42,364 nt of DNA. Origin: an uncultured Spirochaetales bacterium (GTDB lineage Bacteria > Spirochaetota > Spirochaetia > Treponematales > JBGSOB01). How positions within the stretch are numbered: the stretch's first letter is position 1; every line of letters starts with the position of its first letter. The notes under the pieces are model-generated. The model saw only the letters and a program-made list of their open reading frames with translations, had not been told where the DNA came from and did no database searches. Below are positions 25,697-32,923 of the stretch, piece by piece. The stretch lies in NCBI GenBank assembly GCA_964538705.1, contig CAZIEI010000009.1:276-42639 (forward strand), read 5' to 3'. The translations under genes were made by a program, and so were the position numbers.

Positions 25697-26836
25697 TCAA
25701 GAGCGGAGGTAGGAGGTCTCGTCCGCGAGGCTCACCTTGTTGCGCCCCGCCGACTTGGACATGTAGAGTGCTTTGTCCGCCCGATCGATAACCGATTTCC
25801 CCGTGATATCCCGGGCGGCGTCGTACTGTGCGACACCGAGGGACATTGTGATGGAGAGCGAGAGGCCTTCGTATTCGAGCACGAAGTCCTGGATCGCCAC
25901 GCGGATGCGCCCGGCAATGAGGCCCGCGTCGTCGATGTTCGTGTCGGGGAGGAGGACGACGAATTCCTCTCCTCCGTACCGAGCCGCGAGGTCGTTGGAG
26001 CGGATGACGGATTGGACGATCTTGGCGACCTGCTTGAGGACTGCGTCGCCGCAGGAATGCCCGTAGGTGTCGTTGAATTTCTTGAAGTAGTCGATGTCCA
26101 TCATGATGACGGAGAGCGGGAGGCCCGATGCCACGGATTGCTCCATGCGTTCGAGAAGCACCGTGTAGAAGTAGTGCTTCATGCGGAGCTTGGTCATCAT
26201 GTCCGTGGTGGTCATCTCGAAGAGGAACGCGTTGTTTATTGCTATCGCCGCGAGCACCGCGATGTTGAGCACGTATTCCTTTTCGTACTCCGTGAAGACG
26301 TCGGTCTCGATCTGCTCGCCGAGGACGATGATGCCGTTGATGGCGCCCTTGGCCTTGAGCGGGACGATCAGGGTGGGTTCCAGTCCCGCGAGGGAGTCGA
26401 GGCCCTCGAAGGAACCGAGCTTCGAGCGGACGTCCTCCATGGTGTAACAGGCGTAATCCTGCTGGAAGAGGCGGATGAGAGGGTGCTCCTCATCGATGTG
26501 GTACTCGATGTCATGCGCGAGCTCGAAGCCCTTGTAATTGCGGTGGAGGGTGAAGACGGGCGAATCCAGCCCCTTCTTGGCGAAGAGCCCCGCCTTGAGG
26601 ACCTTCATCTGCCCCATGATGGTGTAGAGGATGGAGTCGATGAGAATGTTGTAATCCAGGGTGGAGTTGAGGCTCTTCGATATCTCGAGGAGTTGCTTGA
26701 GGTCGAATATCTGCTTCTCGTAGGCGTCACAGAGGCTCTGGATAGCCTCGTCACCGACGGCCGCCGGGGAAGCGTCATCGAATAGGCCCTCGCTGACGGG
26801 CTCGCCTTCTTCCGAGGGCTTCTTGTCTTCTTCCAT
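25697..26836 (-). CDS. Diguanylate cyclase: N-terminal GAF-like sensor domain + GGDEF domain with intact I-site
   Basis: Active site RYGGEEFVVLL and RxxD inhibitory site (RSND) five residues upstream. Also DIDYFKKFNDTYGH, and a GAF-like region (LKQLLEISKSLNSTLDY...). Start at ATG 26836 (MEEDKK, preceded by GGAAGACGG); alternative 26884. Confidence 0.85.
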   Translation of the reverse strand: MEEDKKPSEEGEPVSEGLFDDASPAAVGDEAIQSLCDAYEKQIFDLKQLLEISKSLNSTLDYNILIDSILYTIMGQMKVLKAGLFAKKGLDSPVFTLHRNYKGFELAHDIEYHIDEEHPLIRLFQQDYACYTMEDVRSKLGSFEGLDSLAGLEPTLIVPLKAKGAINGIIVLGEQIETDVFTEYEKEYVLNIAVLAAIAINNAFLFEMTTTDMMTKLRMKHYFYTVLLERMEQSVASGLPLSVIMMDIDYFKKFNDTYGHSCGDAVLKQVAKIVQSVIRSNDLAARYGGEEFVVLLPDTNIDDAGLIAGRIRVAIQDFVLEYEGLSLSITMSLGVAQYDAARDITGKSVIDRADKALYMSKSAGRNKVSLADETSYLRS

Positions 26837-27026
26837 CCGTCTTCCGCTGGGGAGCATTATAACCCTTCCCCGGCGGTCTGTCATGCCCGGTTCCGGGAGG
26901 ATTACCGGGCCCTATTCGGAGCGCCTGAGGCGGCCTGCCGGCCTGTCCATAGGTTCTTGGGCCTTCCGCGGGCGGTCCGCGGCGGTCGCCACCGGCGAGT
27001 CGGCGGCTGCACGGTCCGGACGGCGA

Positions 27027-27767
27027 TCAGCCCCGTCGAGCGTGCGCTACGCCGCGCTTGAAGATCTCGAGTCCCGTGGCGAGAATTCGCTCCCGGCGCC
27101 AGCGCGGATGGTGCTCCGGCCAGATGAAGCACTCGGGATGGGGCATGAGGCCCAGGACCATGCCCGAGGGATCGGTGATACCGGCGATCGCGCGGCTCGA
27201 GCCGTTCGGATTTCTCCCGGCGTAGCGGAGCGCCACGAGCCCGCGCTCTTCGAGCACGTCGAGGCGGGCCTCGTCCGCGGCGACGAACCGACCCTCCCCG
27301 TGGCGGATGGGGAGCTCGAGCGGTGGGAGCCCCTCCGTCCAGACGCAGGGGCTCCCGGGCTCGGCCTCGACGCGGATCCAGTCGTCGATGAAGGCGCCGC
27401 CCTCGTTGTGGATGAGCGACGCCTCGGGCTCCCAGTTCCCCGAGGCGTTCGGTACGATCCCGAGTTTGGCTATGACCTGGAAGCCGTTGCAGATTCCGAT
27501 GAGGGGTTTGCCTTCGCCCACGAAGCGCTCGAGCTCCTCCTTGGCGGATTTCCTGAGGAGGTTCGCGATCTCCTTGCCGGAGCCGAGGTGGTCACCGAAG
27601 GAGAAGCCTCCGGGAAATCCGAGCACGCCCGCGTCGCGGATGAGCTCGGGGCGCTCGACCAGGTCCGCCACGTGGACGCGGCGGGCGTCCGCGCCCGCGA
27701 GAGAGAACGCCTCTGCGAGCTCTGCGTCGGAGTTGAATCCGTATCCCGTGATGACGATGGCCTTCAT
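27027..27767 (-). CDS. purQ: Phosphoribosylformylglycinamidine synthase, glutamine amidotransferase subunit
   Basis: N-terminus MKAIVITGYGFNSDAELAEAF, catalytic Cys in LIGICNGFQV and His in GLMPHPE. SD GGAGGAAGGAT lies upstream. The track ORF (to 28391) is read-through into purL. Confidence 0.9.
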   Translation of the reverse strand: MKAIVITGYGFNSDAELAEAFSLAGADARRVHVADLVERPELIRDAGVLGFPGGFSFGDHLGSGKEIANLLRKSAKEELERFVGEGKPLIGICNGFQVIAKLGIVPNASGNWEPEASLIHNEGGAFIDDWIRVEAEPGSPCVWTEGLPPLELPIRHGEGRFVAADEARLDVLEERGLVALRYAGRNPNGSSRAIAGITDPSGMVLGLMPHPECFIWPEHHPRWRRERILATGLEIFKRGVAHARRG

Positions 27768-27783
27768 TCGATCCTTCCTCCGA

Positions 27784-30700
27784 TCAGGCGATGGGCGTTT
27801 TGAACGCGCGCTCGGCCTCGTCGAGACCGAGCGAGAGCGCCGTGTTCCCGCCGGCGGCGAACGCGATGACGGGATCGGCGGTCGTTTCCCCGATGCGTTT
27901 GCAGGGATGCCCCGCCATGGTGGTCTCGAAGCGCTCGCGATCCTCCGCACGCACTGAGACAAGGAGCCGGCCGGGGCTTTCAGAGAAGAGCGCCCTGTCG
28001 ATGGCGTCGGCGGGAATGCGCTTAGATTCGTACGCGCCGGGAAGGGCGCCGACGTCGATGCGCGCCCCCGTGCGGCCGCCGAGGCAGGATTCGAAGACAG
28101 CGACCGCGAGCCCTCCCTCGGAGAGGTCGTGCGCCGATCTGACGAGGCGGCCTCCCGCGGCCGCGTGGAATTTCCGATAGAGCGCCATGGAGGCCTCGAG
28201 GTCGACGTCGGGACACTCGCCCAGGGCGCTCGGTCCGTAGGTGGAGCCGCCCGTCGGGGCCGAGGGATCGCGCGCGGCGTCGAGGAGGAATCGCTCATAG
28301 GCGCTCCCGCCCATCTCGCCGTTCGTGGAGCCGAGGAGGTAGATGAGTTCTCCCGGCGCCTTGAAGTCGCTCGAGAGGCTCTTTCTGACATCGCCGATGA
28401 TTCCCATGAGGGTCACGAGGAGGGTGGGGCGCACGGAGACGCGCCTCCCCCCCAGCGTGGAGTCGTTTTTCATGGAATCCTTCCCCGAGATGAGGGGGAG
28501 GCCGTAGGCGAGGCAGGCGTTCTTGAGGCCGCGGCAGGCGCGCACGAGCTGGGCCGCCTTGTAGGGGCCGTCCGGATTCGAGGGCGACGCGACGGGATCG
28601 GTCCAGCAGGAGTTGTCCAGCGCTGAGGCTTGCTCGGGGTCGCCGCCCATCGCCACGTGCGAGCGGAAGGCCTCGTCGACCGCGCAACGGGCCATCCGTT
28701 CCGTGTCCCAATCGCCGAAGCGCGGGCAGATGCCGTGGGTCACGGTGAGGCCTTTCCATGAGGAATAGCGCGGCTTGATCACGGCCCCGTCCGCGGGCGC
28801 GTCGTAGTGTTCGCCGGCGAAGGGCTTGCCCACGGTGAGGGCCTGTACCTCGTGGTCGTACTGCCTGACGAGGGCTTCCTTGGATGCGACGTTCGGATCG
28901 GCGAGGATGCCGAGGAAGACGGCCTTCCTGTCGGCGACGGAGGCGAGCTCCGCGCCCGACGCCCGCTCCTCGGGCGGGATCCATCGAGCTTCGAGCTCGA
29001 TGCGTGGCAGGCCGCGATGGAGGAACTCGAGGGGGAGGAGGCCGACGGCCTTTCCACCCGCGCGGATGTCTATGACTCCGTCGCCGGTGAAGGTCCCCAC
29101 GACGGTCGCCTCCACATCGCGCTTGCGTGCGAGCGCCATGAAGGCGTCGAGCTTCTCCGGAGCGACCGCGAGGCTCATGCGCTCCTGCGATTCGGAGACG
29201 AGGATCTCCCAGGGGGCGAGGCCGGGATACTTGAGGGGGCAGGAGTCCAGGTCGATGCGGACGCCGCCCGATGTCTCGGACATCTCGCCGAGCGAGGACG
29301 AGAGGCCGCCCGCGCCGTTGTCCGTAATGCCCTCGTAGAGGCCCGCGTCGCGGGCCTCGAGGAGGAAGTCCGTCATTTTCTTCTGGATGATGGGGTCGCC
29401 GATCTGCACCGCGGTGACGGGGCTGGACTCGGAGAGTTCGAGGCTCGAGAAGGTCGCGCCGTGGATACCGTCCTTTCCGATCCTGCCGCCGAGCATGATG
29501 GCGAGGTCTCCTGGCCTGATGCGCTTTTTCCAGCCGTCCTCGCCGTTCACCTTCGCGGGGAGGATGCCGCCCGTCCCGCAGAAGACGAGGGGCTTCCCGG
29601 TGAAGGACTCGTCGAAGAGGAAGGCGCCCGCCGCCGTGGGGATGCCCGACTGGTTGCCGCCGTCGATGATCCCCTTGTGGACGCCGCGCATCACCTCGCG
29701 GGGATGGAGGACGCCCTTAGGGACCGCTTCGCGGTTTTCGCGCGGTCGCCCGAAGCAGAGGACGTTCGTGTTGAAGATGGGCTTGGCCCCGATCCCCGTG
29801 CCCAGGATGTCGCGGTTCACGCCCACGATGCCGGTGATGGCGCCGCCGTAGGGATCGAGGGCGGATGGGGAGTTGTGCGTCTCGGCCTTGATGCAGACGA
29901 GGGTCTCCTCGTCGAAGGCGATGACGCCGGCGTTGTCCGTGAACACGGAGCGGAGGAAGGGCTTGCGGGGAGCGAGTTCCTCGGTGACGGAGCGGATGTA
30001 GGTCTTGAAGATGGAGTCGATCGTCTCCTCGCGGTCGCCCTCGCGGTACTTGATGCGGGCGTTGAACAGCTTGTGCTTGCAATGCTCGCTCCAGGTCTGA
30101 GCGATCATCTCGAGCTCGACGTCGGTGGCCGTCGCCGGGAGCCCGCGCGCTTTCCGTGCCTCTCCTGTCCGGGGATCCGAAAAATGGGCCTTGATCGCGC
30201 GCATCTCCGGAAGCGTGAGGGCGAGGAGCCGATCCCGCGAGAGGCGCTCGAGGGCGGAGTCGTCCATGGCCGCGAGATCGAAGGCCTCGCAGGCCGCCTG
30301 AGCGCCGGCGTGCACTGACGGATACGAGGCCGGGGGGCGCTCTCCCGCCGCCCATCCGGCCGAGACGATGGCCTGGGCGCGTTGGATGAGGGGATTATGG
30401 AGGGATGCGAGCACGGCGTCGACTTCTTCGCCGGAGGGAGCCCGGTCCATCCAGAAGAGGATCTGCTTGGCGGTCTGGACGATCTGGCCCTTCACGGCCT
30501 CCTCGCCGAGCTCGTGGCTGATTGCCTCCCGGGCGGTAATCGCGAGGGTGTCCGTTACGCCGGGCTTGAACGCGACCTCCGCGAGCAGGGAGAATCCGCT
30601 CCACTCGGGGCGGGACGCGAAGGGTTCGTCGATGGCGCAATCCTGGACCACGGGATCCACGAAGAGGGAACGGAGGACGGAGCTCTCCGTCCGCGCGTCG

Positions 30701-30825
30701 GTGATGATGACGTCCGCGACCGCGACGCGGGATATATGGCCCTTGAGTCCCTCGGGTAGGGCCGCCGCGATGCCGCCGCCGCGCCCGTCGGGCACGCCCG
30801 GTTTATAGAATATCTCGATCCGCAT
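27784..30825 (-). CDS. purL: Phosphoribosylformylglycinamidine synthase subunit PurL with a fused N-terminal PurS-like region (PurSL architecture)
   Basis: Motifs WSEHCKHKLF, DNAGVIAFDE and ETHNSPSALDPYGGAITGIVGVNRD; duplicated AIR-synthase-like halves. The first ~80 aa (MRIEIFYKPGVPDGRGGGIAAAL...) look PurS-like. Start at ATG 30825. Confidence 0.9.
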   Translation of the reverse strand: MRIEIFYKPGVPDGRGGGIAAALPEGLKGHISRVAVADVIITDARTESSVLRSLFVDPVVQDCAIDEPFASRPEWSGFSLLAEVAFKPGVTDTLAITAREAISHELGEEAVKGQIVQTAKQILFWMDRAPSGEEVDAVLASLHNPLIQRAQAIVSAGWAAGERPPASYPSVHAGAQAACEAFDLAAMDDSALERLSRDRLLALTLPEMRAIKAHFSDPRTGEARKARGLPATATDVELEMIAQTWSEHCKHKLFNARIKYREGDREETIDSIFKTYIRSVTEELAPRKPFLRSVFTDNAGVIAFDEETLVCIKAETHNSPSALDPYGGAITGIVGVNRDILGTGIGAKPIFNTNVLCFGRPRENREAVPKGVLHPREVMRGVHKGIIDGGNQSGIPTAAGAFLFDESFTGKPLVFCGTGGILPAKVNGEDGWKKRIRPGDLAIMLGGRIGKDGIHGATFSSLELSESSPVTAVQIGDPIIQKKMTDFLLEARDAGLYEGITDNGAGGLSSSLGEMSETSGGVRIDLDSCPLKYPGLAPWEILVSESQERMSLAVAPEKLDAFMALARKRDVEATVVGTFTGDGVIDIRAGGKAVGLLPLEFLHRGLPRIELEARWIPPEERASGAELASVADRKAVFLGILADPNVASKEALVRQYDHEVQALTVGKPFAGEHYDAPADGAVIKPRYSSWKGLTVTHGICPRFGDWDTERMARCAVDEAFRSHVAMGGDPEQASALDNSCWTDPVASPSNPDGPYKAAQLVRACRGLKNACLAYGLPLISGKDSMKNDSTLGGRRVSVRPTLLVTLMGIIGDVRKSLSSDFKAPGELIYLLGSTNGEMGGSAYERFLLDAARDPSAPTGGSTYGPSALGECPDVDLEASMALYRKFHAAAGGRLVRSAHDLSEGGLAVAVFESCLGGRTGARIDVGALPGAYESKRIPADAIDRALFSESPGRLLVSVRAEDRERFETTMAGHPCKRIGETTADPVIAFAAGGNTALSLGLDEAERAFKTPIA

Positions 30826-30830
30826 GGCCC

Positions 30831-30859
30831 ATAGTATCGAAAAGCCCTTTTCGCGGCAA
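30831..30859 (-). promoter_or_regulatory. Candidate sigma70-type promoter for purSL: TTGCCG-17 nt-TACTAT, with only 5 nt (GGGCA) between the -10 box and the T of the ATG (near-leaderless)
   Basis: Read on the minus strand: -35 at 30859-30854, -10 at 30836-30831, ATG at 30825. No SD-like purine run before the ATG. Hexamers match consensus at only 4/6 each. Confidence 0.3.
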
Positions 30860-30983
30860 CGGGACCCGATCGGCGGCGGCAAAGCCGGCTACCGGCGGGC
30901 AATGCGGGCTTTCCCGCGGACCGCCGTCTGCCGATAATCGACATGCGCGCCCGATCGGCGGGCCGCGAGCGGAGGATCGCCTG

Positions 30984-31988
30984 GTGCGGGTCTTGATCAC
31001 TGACGACAGGTTCGGCGGCCATGAAGAGGAGTCCGCCGTGCTCTCTCCCCTCGGCGCCGAGATCGTCGTGGCGCCCGCTCACGATGCCGCGGCCCTCGCC
31101 GAGCTCGTGCGCGGCTGCGTTGCCGTGCTCTGCAACCAGGCCCGCGTGGACGCCTCGGTGATCGAGGCGATGGACAAGTGCCTCGTGATCTCCCGCTACG
31201 GGATCGGCTACGACAACGTGGACCGCGAGGCCGCCGCGGCGCGCGGAATCTGGGTGGCGAACGTTCCCGGCTACTGCGCGGACGAGGTGGCCGAGCACGC
31301 GCTCGGCCTCATCATCTCCTGCCTGAGGCGCATCCCCATGACTGACGCCGCCGTCAAGGCGGGGAAATGGAACGTCCGCGCCCCTGCCCGGCGCATCGCC
31401 GGACTCAGGCTCGCCATCGTGGGCTACGGCTCCTCGGGATCGGCGCTCCAGGCGAGGGCCATGGGTATGGGATTCCGTGAGGTGCTCGTCGTGGATCCAC
31501 GCGCGGAACAGAAGCTGCCTGCGAGGCCGCCCCGCGGCCTCCGGGGGGCGTCATGGGAGGAGGCTCTCTCGATAGCCGACGTGGTCTCTTTCCACGTCCC
31601 CCTGAAGGACGAGACGAGGAAGATGCTGAACCGCGATGCCATCGCGCGCATGAAGGACGGAGCGGTGGTGATCAACACGGCACGCGGCGGCGTCATAGAC
31701 GAAGCGGCGCTCGTGGACGCGCTCCGCTCCGGGAAACTTTCCGCCGCGGGCTTGGACGTCTTCGAGCGGGAGCCGCCCGAGGACAGTCCCCTCTTCGCGA
31801 TGGACAACGTAGTGCTTACTGATCACAGCGCCTACTACAGCGTGGAATCGGTAATTGACCTCAAGCGATTGACGGCGCTCAACGCCGCCGACGCCATCAA
31901 GGGAAAGGCCCCGAGCCATCCCGTGAACCGTCCTCGGTCTCCTAGGACGGACGATCCCGCGTTCCTGGCGACGGCCGCGGGGGCATAA
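30984..31988 (+). CDS. D-isomer-specific 2-hydroxyacid dehydrogenase (CtBP/PGDH-like)
   Basis: NAD-binding LAIVGYGSSGSALQ, then HVPL..ETRKMLN, INTARGGVIDEAAL, GLDVFEREP and TDHSAYYS. GTG start. Confidence 0.85.
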   Translation: MRVLITDDRFGGHEEESAVLSPLGAEIVVAPAHDAAALAELVRGCVAVLCNQARVDASVIEAMDKCLVISRYGIGYDNVDREAAAARGIWVANVPGYCADEVAEHALGLIISCLRRIPMTDAAVKAGKWNVRAPARRIAGLRLAIVGYGSSGSALQARAMGMGFREVLVVDPRAEQKLPARPPRGLRGASWEEALSIADVVSFHVPLKDETRKMLNRDAIARMKDGAVVINTARGGVIDEAALVDALRSGKLSAAGLDVFEREPPEDSPLFAMDNVVLTDHSAYYSVESVIDLKRLTALNAADAIKGKAPSHPVNRPRSPRTDDPAFLATAAGA

Positions 31989-32109
31989 GCCGATACCGCG
32001 GGGTGGACAGCGCACGGAGCGATGCGTTCAGCTCGATTGATTGCCGCGACGAGGCTGGGCGCGCGCCGATTCCGTGTAATGAAGGTGACGATCGTCAGGT
32101 AACAGGCTG

Positions 32110-32838
32110 TCAGGGTACGGTGAGGACGGAAACCCTGAGGCCGTCGCGGGAGTACGCGATCGCCGTATTCAACGGATCCGCGAGGAGCTCCCCACCGACG
32201 ACGAAGACGTAGCGCTGGACGCCCGGGGGGAGGTCGACGATGAGCTTGAAGAGGCCCGGTTCGATCTCCATCATCGGATACATGAAGGGATCCCAATCAT
32301 TGAACGAGCCCGAAAGGTAGACCCGATCGCCCGCGGCGCCGCGGTACGTGAACGTCGCGGTCCGGCCGTCGAGGATCCGGTATGAGCCGGGCACATCCTC
32401 GCTTAGGCGATCGAAGCGGAGGATGGAGAGCGCCGCCCCGGTATCGGGATCGCGCGCGGTCTCGACGTTCAGGGGATCCCGGATCCAGGCTCCGTCCACG
32501 ACCATCCGGTAACGGAGCGGCTCGGAGGATCCCGTGGGAAGCGGGTAGACCAGGAAGAAAACCCCGTAGCGGTTGATCTCCATGGGATGGACGATCCTGA
32601 AATCCTCGTGCTGGAACGCAACTCCCACGGAGCGGGCACTGAATCCGGAGGTGAAAATGGCCGCGTCGTGCAGGACGACGGGGCCTGAAGCCTTCTGGAT
32701 GGACGAGACGGCGATGTGGAGGGATTCGTCCAGGGATTCGGCCGCGACCGCCCGGGGCGAGGTCAAAGCGAGGCAGATGAGGAGAGTCGGAATGGCTATT
32801 CGCTGCATTGAACGCGATTCCATGGCCCTTTCCATCAT
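32110..32838 (-). CDS. Secreted protein with two tandem CBM48 / AMPK-beta glycogen-binding-like (E-set) domains
   Basis: Signal peptide ..MQRIAIPTLLICLALTSPRAVAA. The second repeat TFTYRGAAGDRVYLSGSFNDWDPFMYPMMEIEPGLFKLIVDLPPGVQRYVFVVGGELLADPLN is classic CBM48-like. The first repeat also ends ..YRMVVDGAWIRDPLN. Several alternative ATG starts lie between 32808 and 32838. Confidence 0.6.
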   Translation of the reverse strand: MMERAMESRSMQRIAIPTLLICLALTSPRAVAAESLDESLHIAVSSIQKASGPVVLHDAAIFTSGFSARSVGVAFQHEDFRIVHPMEINRYGVFFLVYPLPTGSSEPLRYRMVVDGAWIRDPLNVETARDPDTGAALSILRFDRLSEDVPGSYRILDGRTATFTYRGAAGDRVYLSGSFNDWDPFMYPMMEIEPGLFKLIVDLPPGVQRYVFVVGGELLADPLNTAIAYSRDGLRVSVLTVP

Positions 32839-32887
32839 CGGCCCGCCGCGGGCCCTGCTTGAGCCCTCATGTTCGCGGTTTCTTCGG

Positions 32888-32917
32888 TTAACAAAGCTCT
32901 GGAATATCCGTTAATAT
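32888..32917 (+). promoter_or_regulatory. Candidate sigma70-type promoter TTAACA-18 nt-TAATAT placed so that transcription would start at or next to the ATG at 32924 (leaderless-type)
   Basis: -35 at 32888-32893 and -10 at 32912-32917, then AGCCAT, then ATG. No SD sequence exists between the promoter and the start codon. Confidence 0.35.
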
Positions 32918-32923
32918 AGCCAT

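Noticed and set aside
27768-28391. Upstream extension of the purQ ORF (track ORF 27027..28391) and similar extensions at 12..134, 5833..5913, 18413..18529, 21776..22099, 38237..38317 and 39044..39109
   Set aside because: All are R/S/P/G-rich, overlap the 3' end of the preceding real gene or lack an SD, and end at an internal ATG/GTG with an SD or a 4-nt stop/start overlap.
28807-30318. 503-aa + strand ORF antisense to purL. Other long antisense or shifted ORFs of the same kind: 2741..3628-, 4643..5413-, 6145..7026-, 14636..15385-, 19585..20202-, 20226..21212+, 20850..21485-, 24528..25601+, 26012..26785+, 26823..27803+, 28295..28984-, 30555..31298-, 33303..33845-, 33498..34388+, 33505..34326-, 33842..34789-, 35003..35806-, 37665..38357+, 38579..39712-, 39661..40338+ and 41272..41982+
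   Set aside because: These are typical high-GC shadow ORFs. They have extreme R/G/P/A/E or D/E/V/L composition and no motifs, and each lies opposite or out of frame to a gene with strong family signatures and the expected G/C third-position bias.
30826-30983. Possible ZTP (pfl) or purine riboswitch upstream of purSL
   Set aside because: Reading the minus strand, I could not find the conserved ZTP cores (..CUGGCG.. / ..CCGCCUGGGC..) or the purine-riboswitch junction sequences. The region also seems too short and GC-rich. This needs an Infernal scan to be definitive.
32086-32097. Perfect 12-nt palindrome TGACGATCGTCA in the convergent gap 31989-32109, considered as a bidirectional terminator
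   Set aside because: The palindrome has no loop and no flanking T or A runs, and palindromes of this size are not rare in 42 kb. It is not convincing as a terminator or operator.
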